DNA of 64,000 bases from the human T2T-CHM13v2.0 reference genome, Homo sapiens: assembly GCF_009914755.1 (NCBI RefSeq), contig NC_060931.1; one strand, written 5' to 3'. Shown piece after piece: positions 27,684-41,030 of this stretch; the stretch's first letter is position 1, and each line of letters starts with the position of its first letter. A model generated the notes under the pieces. It was not told the origin of the DNA. It did no database searches and saw nothing but the letters and a program-made list of their open reading frames with translations. A program made the translations under genes and the position numbers.

Positions 27684-30462
27684 AATTTTTTTGATACATA
27701 ATATTTGTATATATTTACTGGGAATGTGTAATATTTTGTTACACACACAGACTATGTGATGATCAAGTCATTATTTAGGACATCCACTGCCTCAAGCATT
27801 TATCATTTCTAGGTGTTGGGAGTATTTCAAGTCCTCTCTTCTAGCAGCTTTGAAATATATAACACGTTTTTGACTCTAGTCACCCTACTCTACTACAAAC
27901 ATTAGAATGTATTCCTTCTACTTAACTGTATGTTCATACCCATAAATCTACCTCTCTTCATTCTTCTTGCCCCAACACACTTCCCAGTCTCTGGTAAGTA
28001 TTATTCTACTCTCTGCCTCCACAAGATGAAATTTTTTTAGCTCCCACATATGAGTGAGTATATGTGATATTTGTCTTTCTGTGCCTGGCTTATTTCACTT
28101 AATATAATAACTTCTAATTTCATCCATGTTGCTGCAAATGACAGGATTCTGTTTTTTTATGGCCAAACAGTATTCCATTGGGTACATATTACTGAATTTT
28201 CTTTACCATTCATCCTTTGATGGACCCATGGGTTGATTCCATATCTTTGCTATTGTGACTAGTGCAGGCATCCCTTTGATATACTGATTCCTTTTTCTTT
28301 GGGTAAATACCCACTAGTGAGATTGTTGGATTATATGATAGTTCTATTTTTCATTTTTTGGAGAAATATCCATACTGTTTTCCATAATGGCTAACTTACG
28401 TGCCCACCGATAGCATATAAGAGTTCTCTTTTCTCTGCATTCTCCTCAGCATCTTTTCTGTCTTTTTGGTAATAGCTATTCTAACTGGGGTAAGATTATA
28501 TCTCATTGTAGTTTTGGTTTGCATTTCCCTGATGATTAGTGATGTTGAGGATTTTTAAATATACCTGTTGGCCATTTGTATGTCTTCTTTTGAGAAATAT
28601 CTGTTCATGTCCTTTGCCCCATTTTTAAATTTAGTTCTTTTCTTTTTTGCTGTTGAGTTCGTTGTATGCTTTTTATATTAGTCTCTTGTTGAATGAATAG
28701 TCTGCAAATATTTTATCCCATTCAACAGTTTTTTTCTTCCCTCTGTTGATTGTTTCCTTTGCTGTGCAGAAGCTTTTCAGTTTAATATAGTTTCATTTGT
28801 CTATATGATGGATACACATTTTGTTGCCTGTGCTTTTGAAATCTTAATCATAAAATCTTTGCCTAGGCGAATGTCTTAGTGTTTCCCTATATTTTTTTTC
28901 TAGTAGTTTTATAGTTTTGGGTCTTACATTTAAGTCTTTAATCAATTTTTGAGTTGATTTTTGTATATAGTGAGAGGGGTTTAGTTTTATTCTTCTGCAT
29001 ATGGATATTCAGTTTTGCCAGCACCGTTTATTGAAGAGACTGTCCTTTTTCCCGTATATATCCGTGTTGCCTTTGCCAAAAATCAGTTGGCTGTAAATAC
29101 ATAAATTTATTTTTGGGTTCTCTCTTCTGTTTCATTGATCTCTGTTTATTTTTCTATCACTATCATGCTGTTTTGTTTATTATAGCCTTGTAATATATTT
29201 TGGAGTTAGGTAATGTGATGCCTCCAATGTTATTCTTTTCCCTCAGGATTGCTTTGGCTATTTGGGCTCTTTTCGGGTTCCATATAAATTTTAAGATTTT
29301 TTTTTCTATTTCTGTGAAAAATGTTATCAGTATTTTGATAGGGATTACATTGAATCCATAGATTACTTTGGGTAGTATGATCATTTTAACAATATGAGTT
29401 CTTATCCATGAGCATTGGATGTCTTTCCATTTGTTTGTGTCCTCTTTAATTTCTTTCATTAGTGTTTTATAGTTTTCCTTGTGGAGGTCTTTCACCTCCT
29501 TGGTTAAATTTATTCCTAGGTATTTTTTTTTTTTTTGGTAGCTGTTGTAAATGGGATTGCCTTCTTGATTTTCTTTTTCAGCTAGCTCATTATTGGTGTA
29601 TAGAAATGCAGCTGATTTTGTATGTTGATTTTTGTATCCTGCAACTTTACTGAATTAATTTATTAGATCCATGAGTTTTTTTGGTGGAGTCTTTAGGTTT
29701 TTCTAAATAGAAGATCATGCTATCCGCAATGAGGGACCATTTGAGTTCCCTGTTTTGCATTTGGATGCTTTTTATTTCTTTCTCTCACCTGATTGCTCTA
29801 GCTAAGACTTCCAGTACTATGTTTGATAGGAATGGTGAGAGTGAACATCCTTGTCTTATTGCAGTTCTTAGAGGAAAGGCTTTCAGGTTTTCCCCACTAC
29901 ATATGATGTTAGCTATGAGTTTGTGTCTTTGTTATGTTGAGATATGTTCTGTGTCTAGCTTGTTGAGTTTTTATTGTAAAGAGATGTTGAATTTTATCAA
30001 ATGCTTTTTCTGTATCTATTGAGATGATCATGTAGTTTTTGTCCTTGATTCTATTGATAAATCATGATTATTGATTTGTCCATGTTGAACCATCCTTGCA
30101 TCCCTGAGATATTTCCCACTTGATCATGGTGTATTATCTTTTTTTGACATGCTGTTGGATTCACTTGGCTAGTATTTTGGTGAGGATTTTTGTCACTGTG
30201 TTCATCAGGGATATTGGCCTATAGTTTCCTTTTTTTGTTGTGTTCTTGTCTGGTTTTGGTATCAGGGTGATGTTGGCATCATAGAATGAGTTAGGGATAA
30301 TTCTTTTCTCTTCAGTTTTCTGGAAGCTTGAGGAAAATTGGTGTTAGTTATTTTTTATAAGTTTGGTAGAGTGGCAGCAAAGCTATCCGGCCCTGAACTT
30401 TCCTTTGTTGGGAGACTTTATTACTGATTCAATCTCCTTACTTGTTATTGGTTTTCTATTTA
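27684..30462 (-). mobile_element. L1MA-type 3' ~2.8 kb with ORF2 remnant
   Basis: ORF 29163-29495 ([25 protein letters not shown]...GGITLP) is L1 ORF2p; degenerate TSD agaagg..cttaat at 27369 and 30463. Confidence 0.92.
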
Positions 30463-31937
30463 AGAAGGCTGGTTCTTAATAGCAAAAATGGAAGCCAGAA
30501 GACAGTAGCATAATAGCTTAAATTTAATAATAGAAAATAACTTTCAAACCATAATTCCATACTCACACAATATTTCTCAAGTATTAGGACAAAATTAAGA
30601 GATTTTTAGAAAAACCCAAATTTGAGCATTTAATAATAGACCTTTATCAGAAGAAAATTCAAGGAAGAATTTTAGGAAGAAAGAGAAGTTTCCAGATAGG
30701 TAAAAAAGAATGGTAAACACAGACACTGGTAAATGTGTGGATATCGATAAGCTAACATTAACCCTATAAAATAATGATATTAATAAGTCTGTATTTATGG
30801 AGGCAAAACAAAATAGGCCCAAAATACTGAACAGAAATAGCATATAAGTTATTAGTGTTATGATTAGCAAAAACATATTCTATCCTTCTAGTATTGTTTG
30901 GGAGGAAGGTAAGGATATTGATTAACTTTAGTCTTTATAAGAATATGCATCTTAAAACATCTGGGGGTAAAACAGGAAGGATAGAGAAAGAGAAGAACAA
31001 TCAGTAGATCAGTAGAAACCCACACTCAGTAATCTACAATAGGGATCTGTAGAAAATTAAGATGGTAAAAATAAATTGAAACTTACCTTTAATCCCAACA
31101 AAGGTAAATGGACCACAATTCAGGTACAAGGTAAAGAATGTCAGATTGAATTTAAATAAAATTATGCCATTAAATGAGACATAAGGATACAAAAAAGGTG
31201 CAAAGTCAAAGGATAGAAAAGCTGGTAACTTCAAAATAATTAAAGATAGACTTTACTGGAAAGTTATAACAATTCTAAACTTGTATGTATCTAATAACAC
31301 AGTATCACAATATTTTAAGCAAAACGACAAATCTAGGAGAAAGTGACAAATCCATCATTATAGTACAAAATTTTAACACATTGCTCTCAGTAAGTTTTGG
31401 ATTAAGCAGACAAAAATCAATGGGATATAGGAGATTTGAACAGCGCAATTAGCATGCATTGTATAAAGAACTTACAGGAACAGTTGGAGAATATGCATCT
31501 TTTGCTGGTACATAAGAAATATTGATAAAATTATCCACATGCTAGATCACAAATCTAGCTTTTACAAATTTTGGAAATTCAGTACCATATAGAACATATT
31601 CTCTGACAACAATCCAATTGTGAGATATAAATATCTAAAACTAAAAAAATCCTCTGTATCATTCAGTACTCAAATCAAAAAATCACCATAGCTATTTTGA
31701 GCAGAAAAGGTCTTCATACTAGGAATCAGGTGATTACAAAACTGTTGGAAGGCATGGATAATTGAACTTTAGGTGGGGTTTATGGAGATGGTACCCAGAA
31801 CAATATCCCAAGGGCACTGCCCTGGACTCTGCCAGGGTGGGAGGGTGGGAACCAGGGCACTGTGCAGGTTTCCTGTGGCAGCTGTCGTGCCACTGGGAAC
31901 TGTTGAGTTGAACAGGCCACTGGACCGTGATCCAGGC

Positions 31938-32589
<652 letters not shown>

Positions 32590-33859
32590 CAGGGATCAGG
32601 AAGCAGCCCCTGCTGCCATCACAGCTGCCACATACCCACAAAGCCAGTGCCAGAACATGAGAACTCTGAGTTCAGTGCTGCCACCATCAAAACCAACTCT
32701 TAAAAAACCCAGAGAGACTAGACACAGGAATGCTATGGAAGAAAAACAAAACATTCCATGACCTTGCCTGTCAGCAGGAAGAGGGCATTTACTTCTGTTC
32801 CTCCTTTCAAATCATGTGTAGGTGTGTTGAATGGAGGAACCTAATTCACATTCAGAACTGTAGCTGCAAGGGAGTCTGACATATGAAGTTTTTCACTTTT
32901 TGGACTCTGTAGTACTTCTGTAGTGTATAAAGAGGTTTGTAGAAAGAGGATAAATGCCAGTTTACCAAATCCATCACCCCTCATGGGTCAAAGGAAAAAA
33001 TTCTGATGTAAATATTTTTAAAATTGAACAATAAAATACAACATATCAAAACTTGTGAGGTACAGCTAAAATGACACCCAGAAATGGATAGTTTAAGTGG
33101 TTATATCAGAAAAGAAAGGCTCCACATCAATGAGCTAAGATTCCAACTTAAAAAATGTAAGAATAAACCTGGTGTATCATTCCCAAAGAAAAAGAGCAGT
33201 TTAGAAATAATAAGAGCACAATATTGACATAGAAAAGAAAGACACAGTAGAGAAGATCAACAAAACCAAGAACTGGTTCATAGAAAAAAAGCAATAAAAT
33301 AGACTTCAGGCAAAATTATCCCATAAAAAAGAGAAAAGATGTAAATAACAATGATAGGAATGAAAAGGGAAATAAAACAACAGATGCTGCAGACATTATG
33401 ATAGTAAAAGGAAATTATGAACAACTTTTTGCAGATAAATTGGAAGGCTTAGATTAAATTATTATGTTCTTAGAAAAATATAACTAAATTAAATTAAGAA
33501 TAAGTAGAAAAATGAATAGTTTTATGATATTAACCAAATTGGATCAGTTGTTAATATCATCCCTTGAAGACACCAAGTTCAGAAGGTTTTATAGGTGACT
33601 TTCACCAAACTTAAAAAGAGTAGGTAATTCTGCTTATAAGCAAACCCTTTCAGGGAACTTATTTTGAGAAGAGCTGGATTTTTAATAGAATCTTATTTTT
33701 AAATGTTGGCAATTATTTAAACATTTTTGTCAGTGCAGGCAAAACAAAATATGTCTGCAGGATGGTTTCAGCCCACAGTCTGACGGTATGCAACCCCTGA
33801 TCTAAACCTTACAAAGGAGAGCTGATCCAAATCATAGTGCAATTAAACTGAATGATTTA

Positions 33860-34050
33860 GGTCTAACATTAAGAAAATTTGCTGATGGAATTATGAGACA
33901 CTGATATGCATTTCCAGAGGTGGTTGTGGAAATAGGCTCTGAAGGCTAAAAATTATAGCTGACTGAAGTACTCCTAATAAGACTCACGTGCAGTCTTGCC
34001 TGGAGGCAGAGGGATGGACCAGATGATCTTTCTGGGTTGTTTCACGGACT
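33860..34050 (+). mobile_element. L3/CR1 3' end
   Basis: ggaggcagagggatggaccagatgatc matches the CR1 3' motif. Confidence 0.6.
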
Positions 34051-34244
34051 CTTCTGGTCTTTATAATAAATGCAGTTTTCTCAATGCATCCCTTCTGTGT
34101 TACCATCTGATCCAATAGTAAACAGTGATTTGATGCTTCCTCCAGACAATCTTGCTTCAGGAAAAAAGGGTTAGAATATTTAGGCCCAATTTGGGGCTGA
34201 GAATCTTTCACAGCATACAATTACTTACATGTCTTTGATTAGGA

Positions 34245-34380
34245 GAGTTAATATAGTGTAGTGATTAATAGCACAGACTTTGGATCCAAATTCTTTTAAT
34301 TTGATCTTGCTTCTGTCACTTCATAGCTATATGGCTTTTCCTTGCCTTTGTTTCCTCAATGGTGAAATGGGAATAAGACG
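34245..34380 (+). mobile_element. MIR fragment
   Basis: tgtttcctcaatggtgaaatgggaataa. Confidence 0.65.
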
Positions 34381-34440
34381 GGATCCCTGTTTTAAAGGCA
34401 TTCACACTCTAGTTGTGGGAGATGACAAAAAAAAAAAAAG

Positions 34441-34749
34441 TGCTGGGGGTGGTGGCTCACATCTGTACTCCCAGCACTTTGGGAGACTGAGATGGGAGGA
34501 TTGCTTGAGCCCAGGAGTTTGAGATCAACCTGGGTAACATTACAAAACCCCATCTCTACAAAAAATACAAAAATTAGCCAGGCATAGTGGTGTGTGCCTA
34601 TAGTCCCAGCTATTTGGGAGGCTGAGGTGGGAGAATAGCTTGAGCCCTGAAGCGAGAGGAGGCTGAGGCTGCAGTGAGCCAAGACTGCATCATTGCATTC
34701 CAGCCTGGGCAACAGCAAAACTCCATCTCAAAAAAAAAAAAAAAAAAAA
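34441..34749 (+). mobile_element. AluJ
   Basis: ggaggattgcttgagcccaggagtt, A tail. Confidence 0.93.
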
Positions 34750-34774
34750 GATGCATAGTATGTATCAGCTAGCA

Positions 34775-35173
34775 GACACTATTTCCCCATCCTTGAATCT
34801 GGCCTTGGCCATGTGATTGGTGTGGCTAATAGCATGGGGCAGAAGTGCTGGTCCTCTAGTCCTGAGTCTGAGTCTCAAGTGCTGGTGTGTTTCCACTTGC
34901 TTTCTTGCACTTCTGTTATTGCTATGACTAATTTGCTAATCCCCGGGGAATGGAAAGATAGATGGAGCCGAGCTACATTCAGCCTAGATTATTCAATCCC
35001 TAGCTGCTTACAGAAGTATGAATGAGCCCAACAGAGACCAGCAGAACTGCCCAGCCCTGCCTAGACTAGCCACCTCCCCAGCTGACTGGCAGATGAAGGA
35101 GAATTAACAAATTCCTGTTATTTTAAGCCATGGAGTTCTGGGTGTTTTTTTACACAGCCATAGCTCACTGACA
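34775..35173 (+). mobile_element. MLT1 (G/H-like) LTR fragment
   Basis: ccttgaatctgg..ggccatgtga; ttttaagcca..acacagccatagct end. Confidence 0.65.
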
Positions 35174-36107
35174 TAAACAGCTGAGATTTATCAAGGTCTA
35201 CTTTGTGCCCAGGACTCTTCATTTTCACAGCAGTCGTGGGGTAGGTACGGGGCATGCTAACTTAATTAAAATGTAATTAATGGAAATTTGATATAGTGCA
35301 ATAAAGATATTAATAAAATCGTGCTTTGTGTGCAAAGTTTGAAATGAGGCAAATTTGTATTATACATCTCACCTCCTCCCATCGCTCCCCCACCCCCAAC
35401 CAAATCTTGTCAAACATCATGGAACATCAAGGTTACATGACTGGTTGTAACCAAGGCTGACTGGCTGAGTGTGTTGTAAATGGTGCCTGCTTGACAGCAG
35501 AAATGTTTGATATTCTTTGTCTGGATTAGCTTAAATTACTGCATTTTGTATAATGAGAAGTCTATATTGAATTTGTCATATAAAAAGGACAACTACTTTG
35601 GACTATCATTATTAGCTCCAATGAACAGATGAGGGAAGTGAGACGTAGAGAGGTTAAGATCATGTGGTCAGTAAATGGGTACTGCCTTCTAGGATGATGG
35701 ACAATGCCAGAAGTTAGATAAATGCCAAATGCCTAAAATCATTTTTCCTCATCACAGGACACAGTTCAGCAGTATCTAGTTGCTGCAGGGTATTTGACTT
35801 CAGGCTGAGAGGGTCAGTCCAGGTTTACCAGACCATGCGCCCTTTGCTTTCTCTCTTCAGATTCTAGAATTTCTAGTGATTCAGGTGTTGATTTTGCATA
35901 TTCTCCCTGGTCTTTGATATTTTCAACCTTGTATTTAACACTACTAGTAATGTGATTGTTCTCTGCTCCCTGTGTCCATGACTTTTAAGCATTTCCTACT
36001 TTATTAATGTGCTTTGCTAATTTGGATTAAATTTTAAAAAATCATCCATCTCTGTCTTTTCCCTTTTTTTCAGCGGTGTTCTCACCTCTGCCCTCAGGCT
36101 CATAGAA

Positions 36108-36225
36108 ACACCAACATGGCACATGTATACATATGTAACAAACCTGTACATTGTGCACACGTACCCTAGAACTTAAAGTATAATTAAAAAAAAAAAAACA
36201 AAAACAAAAAAAACAAAGAAAAAAA
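36108..36225 (+). mobile_element. Very short young L1PA 3' end with A tail
   Basis: catggcacatgtatacatatgtaacaaacctg..ccctagaacttaaagtataa; TSD AGAAAC. Confidence 0.9.
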
Positions 36226-36308
36226 GAAACTGGGCCTAAATGGGAGTTAGGTCATTCCCATGCCCTTAGTGGGCTTTCTTGGCTCTGGAATAAATTCCTG
36301 GCCCTTTA

Positions 36309-36338
36309 TTGCCCTCTAGTGGCCTCCTGAATTACTGC
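36309..36338 (-). promoter_or_regulatory. Predicted CTCF site with upstream module
   Basis: Minus strand GCAGTAATtcaggaGGCCACTAGAGGGCAA matches the CCACYAGRKGGC core plus a TGCAG-like upstream motif. Confidence 0.65.
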
Positions 36339-36601
36339 TTCATGTATGTGACGTGTTTAATCCACTGTTTTGACCATTTTGAAAGGATATAGTTCATAAC
36401 AGCATTTCATCTCTCACTGGATCCAGTCTCCTTCATGATACTAAGTTATGTGTTTGAGGAAAGCTTAGACATTTAAAGATTTGAGGCAAATTGATAAAAG
36501 TTATTTCAGAGAATCCCAGGAAAGTTCTGCTCTAACATTTTGACCTCCAGTTGAGCCCCGTGCTAACAGATACTTTTCCTCTCAGCGTTAATGAGAAGCC
36601 A

Positions 36602-36703
36602 GTGAATAAGTCAGTCAACAAACATTTACTGAGCACCTGTCAAGTACCACACACTCTTTTAGATGCTGGGACCTAGGCGGAAGAAAGTGTGTCAAGCTCT
36701 TGC
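36602..36703 (-). mobile_element. L2 3' fragment (appears to resume at ~37307-37375)
   Basis: caacaaacatttactgagcacct..tgctggg; later taggagcttgccttcttgtaggggag. Confidence 0.65.
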
Positions 36704-37849
36704 GTTGCTTTTCAAAAACTATTCTGCTATTATCATTTTAAAAAGCTAACAACCAGCCCACTCACTTTACATGACTTACCTGAAGAGGAAAAGTTCATGT
36801 TGCTTTCTCTAACCCCCAGTGAATCTACATCACTTTTTATAGTCCTGGCTTGGTTAGTTGTAATACGATCAGATAAGTCACCAATAATGGGTTAAATTAT
36901 GGTAACCAAATTTTTCATAACAAATGTACAATGAGCAAATTCAATTTTCTACAGCAAATAGTAAAACAAGTGTCATAGTCTCTGGGTTAAGGTTATGTAA
37001 CAGTAAACCATGGCAGCTAAAATAGAATTTCGCAAGAATTCTTGTGGCAAATGAAGCACCCAGTTTTATGATCTGGCTTGAAAGGGCTTTTACTCCAACT
37101 TGGCTAAAATTCATCTTTTTGGTTTCTTTGAGACTAGCTGGGCTTGCTATTCTCAAAGCATTTGTGGTGATAGTATTTTTATTTTTTTAAAGTTTCTTAA
37201 TGACCATTTTTGGAACATGTAGCTTCTGATTTCAAGTATAATCTTAAGGCTGAAAAAAGTCCTGCAGTTTATAGCTTTCTATTTTTACATGTAATGCTGA
37301 TGGCCAAAGCTGCTGCTGTTTAGGAGCTTGCCTTCTTGTAGGGGAGAGAGCCTGTGATCGGGTAAGTAAGTAAGCCCAGAGGAGCAATGCCTGGGTTAAA
37401 AGTCAGACTGGGCTAAATGTCATAGTTCTCTCTGGCTCTATCCCTAGATATTTGGGCTTCCAAGGAGAATATTCAAAACACGACTTAATTTAACACCTGC
37501 TGTGGTACTGCACCAGCTATTAAATCTTCACAGGGTCTATTGTCCCTGACTGGCTTCACCTGGCCCTGGGCCCTGGTGGGATTGGAAATGTCCTCCTGAC
37601 CGGTGTTAGTCGGGGGGTCACTTCCTCATGCTATGCTGAAGGCATGCGACCTCCCCTCCAGGAGTCAGTGCTTAGCACAAGTCTCCTTCTAAAAGGTCAG
37701 TGCCTTTTGAGGAGTTTCCCTCTGTCTGTGTGGAAGAGGGTGTAGGGGGAGTTTTTGGAGATACCGAACAGCTACTTTAGGTAGTCTCCCTCTCTCAGGC
37801 CCCTCCCATGAAGAGCTCCATGCAGTGAAGCCAGTCCAGGTTTTGTGGT

Positions 37850-38262
37850 TGATATGTTTTGGCTCTATGTCCCCACCCAAATCTCATGTTCAATTGTAAT
37901 TCTCAGTGTTAGAGGTGGGGCCGGGTGGGAGGTGATGGGATCATGGGGGTGTTTCTTATGAATGGTTTAGCACCATCCTCTTGGTACTGTCGTAATGATA
38001 GTGAGTTCTTGTAGTATCTGGTTGTTTAAAGGTATGTGGCACCTCCTGCCTTGCTCTCTCTTGCTCCTGCTTCTGTCATGAGAAATGCCAGCCCCCCCTT
38101 CACCTTCTGCCATGATCAGAAGCTTCCTGAGGCCTCCCCAGAAGCAGAAACCTCTATGCTTCCTGTACAGCCTGCAGAACCATGAGCCAATTAAACCACT
38201 TTTCTTATAAATTACCCAGTCTCAAGTATTTCTTTATAGCAATGCGATAATGGACTATTAGT
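37850..38262 (+). mobile_element. MSTA-type MaLR LTR
   Basis: tgatatg..ccccacccaaatctcatg; cagcctgcagaaccatgagccaattaaac. Confidence 0.9.
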
Positions 38263-38599
38263 CTGGTGGGGCCTGAAGGTTGACGTAATTGTGTGTATGT
38301 GAGTGGTCTGTAAGCGAGAGAGCACAAAATTTGGAATAAAAACTAGATACAAAAAGGAACATTTATTTAGAATGAGAAAGATGTCATCAGAAATTAAATT
38401 TTTTAAGCTAACGAATGCTAGAAATGTCACAAAATTGGGTTGCCTTTCTTGGTGGCTAGGAGGAATGGACTTGAAAGAGAGGGATGGCGGTTGGAGAATT
38501 AGCAATGCCAGAGAAAGGTGAGAGTTCTAGAGGCCCCATGAGTGAGCCAGGGGCCTAAGAGTGGCTGTGAGAAGAACAAGTTCCCTTCAGCTTTTGGAG

Positions 38600-38766
38600 C
38601 ACTGGTCCTCAACCGGCAGGAGCATCAGCTGGAAACTGGTTCAAAATGCAGATTCTAGGTCCTCACCCCAGACCAATTGAATCAGAAACTCAGGGATGGG
38701 GTCCAGCCATCTGTTTCAACAAGCCCCCAGATGATTTGGAAGCATACTCAAGTTTGACAACCCCTG
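38600..38766. mobile_element. MER5A
   Basis: aaatgcagattct..ccccagacc..tgaatcagaaactc. Confidence 0.8.
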
Positions 38767-38829
38767 ATGGTAGAGGAGAGTGGAACCCTGTTGTGCATGT
38801 GAGCATCTCCTATTAAAAATATAATTACT

Positions 38830-39112
38830 GGCCAGGCGTGGTGGCTGATACCTGTAATCTCAACACTTTGGGAGGCCAAGGTGGGAGGATCACTTAAGCC
38901 CAGGAGTGCAAGATCAGCCTGGGCAGCATAGACCCTGTTTCTACAAAAAAGAAAAAAAATTAGCTGGATATGGTGGGGCACACCTGTGGTCCCAGCTACT
39001 CAGGAGACTGAGGTGGGAGAATGGCTTGAGCCTAGGAGGTCGAGGCTACAGCAAGCCGAGATCGTGCCACTGCACTCGAGCCTGGGCAACAGAATGAGAC
39101 CTTGTCTCAAAA
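38830..39112 (+). mobile_element. AluJ
   Basis: Dimer with short tail. Confidence 0.92.
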
Positions 39113-39159
39113 GAGTGGCTGAATTTTTTTTTTTAAATAATGTATTTTATGAGGTGAGT

Positions 39160-39305
39160 GTAGTGGTGCCCTCAGCTGAGGTAGGAGGCTGAGGTAGGAG
39201 AATCGTTTGAGCCCAGGAGTTTGTGGCTGCAATGTGCTGTGATTGCACCCATGAATAGCCACTGCACTCTAGCCTGGGCAATGTAGTAAGAGCCGGTGTT
39301 TAAAA
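39160..39305 (+). mobile_element. Alu monomer (FAM-like)
   Basis: gcacccatgaatagccactgcactc, a 7SL/FAM-like segment. Confidence 0.75.
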
Positions 39306-39315
39306 ATATATCTAG

Positions 39316-39317
<2 letters not shown>

Positions 39318-39358
<41 letters not shown>
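39318..39358. repeat. (CA)~20 microsatellite
   Basis: Directly visible perfect repeat. Confidence 0.97.
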
Positions 39359-39359
<1 letters not shown>

Positions 39360-40111
39360 TTAGGCAATACACACACAGATGATATCTTTCATAAAGCAAA
39401 CCAACTCATACAGCTTTTATGTCATGGTTGAGTGTCTGAGAGATAAGTGATACCATCCACCGTGATTGGGTGCTAAAGAGAATACATTTTAAGGCTGGGT
39501 GTAGAAGGGAAAATTCTCAAATCTCAGTATTCTCCACAGTATAGTTTATTAGCCAGAGACACATGGTAGGTTGTTTTTCTGCTAAATTTATGCAAGTGAT
39601 TGTTAAAATTTTGCATCATTTACAAACAACCAAAACCACAACAACATCGAATTCAGGGTAGAAATTTATTTTATTGTTTGCCATTAACTGAGCTAACTTA
39701 TTTTTCTTTTAACTTTCCATTTTTTCCAGCTTTTCCTTCTGTGTTCATGGTTGGGGTGTTAATAGCATGTCTAAACTAATTGCACTCCTGATGGTCTAAT
39801 TCTAGTTACTGTCATTTTTGGCAGGAAAATTTTGAGTTTGGCATGCTCTCACACTGCACACAGGCATGCTAAATTAGCTGAGAAGAATCTGAGAATGCTA
39901 GATTTTTATAACCAGGCAGAATAAGTCCAAAAATACCATCAAGGATTGTACAGAACAGTTAAGAATTCTGCTTGGTAGGCACTGGGCATAGAGCTGCCAA
40001 AACAACAAAACAAAACAATAAAACCTAAAAAAGAATTGCATCCACTCCAGGGAAAGCTTGTCTGATGAACTCTCTTGCCACTCTGGTTTTATTGGTGTGG
40101 ACCTTCAGGAT

Positions 40112-41030
40112 GCGTATTAACGTTTTAGTGAAGAGGTCTTTGGGCTACACATGACATGACAGAAACCCAACTTGAACTGATTCTTACAAAGAGAGAATAT
40201 ATCACCTCTCATAACTGAGAAGACTAGGAGGAATCAGGCTTCAGGCATGGCTGCCTCCAGGGGCTCAAATGATACTGTGTTAGGCAGTCTCTCAAATGGC
40301 TCTCAATGATCCTGGCCTCCTGGTACTCACGCCCTGTGTAATCCCCTCCCCTTGAGTGTAGTTGGACCTAAGATCTGCTTCTAACAAATAGAATACAATA
40401 AAAATGATGGGATGTCGTTTCTGAGATTAGCTTGCAGAGGGACTGTGACCTGGGCCTTGCGTGCCATTGCTTGCTCTTCTCATAGAGCCCTCCACTTGCA
40501 GGAATCAAATTGTCATGTTGGGAGTAGTCCTATGGAGAGGCCCCGGTGGCAAGAAACTGAGGTCTCCAGCTCTCAGCAAGAACCCGAGGCCTGCTAACAC
40601 CCACGTGAGTGAGCTCAGACTCAGGTGTGCTCTGAAACCTGCTGCCAGGTGAGTGCAGTTCTTCCCACAGGGAGCCCTGAGATGACCGCCGCCTCCGGGG
40701 AGACCTTGAATCAGAACCGCCCAGCTAAGCTACTCCTGCATTTCTGACCCACAGCACAGGTGAGATAGTAAACGTGTTGCTTTAAGTGGCTTCTTTTTGG
40801 GGGTAATTCATCAGTCACGCTCGGTAACCAGTACCGATGCCATCTACACGTCGTCTTCTCTCCATCTTCCCCAGAGCTTTCCTCTATGTGGCCTTCATGA
40901 CCAGGCAGAGATGGCAAAACAGTGGCCGGGAACTCCAGACTCATGGCCTAGCTCCCTCCAATAGTGGCTTTCTCCTTTGCAGTAGATAAGGAAAAATTCC
41001 TGGGATCGAGTCTCATGAAACTGACTTGGG
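40112..41030 (-). mobile_element. Old MLT1J-like LTR split by MLT1F
   Basis: tgacagaaacccaact..ggcttcaggcatggc..ccaggggctcaaatga; resumes at ~40835. Confidence 0.6.
40276..40834 (+). mobile_element. MLT1F/E-type LTR
   Basis: cctcctggtactcacgccctgtgtaatcccctccccttgagtg; cccagctaagc. Confidence 0.85.

Noticed and set aside
29163-29495. ORF with clear L1 ORF2p similarity
   Set aside because: Short remnant of a truncated, frameshifted L1, not a functional gene
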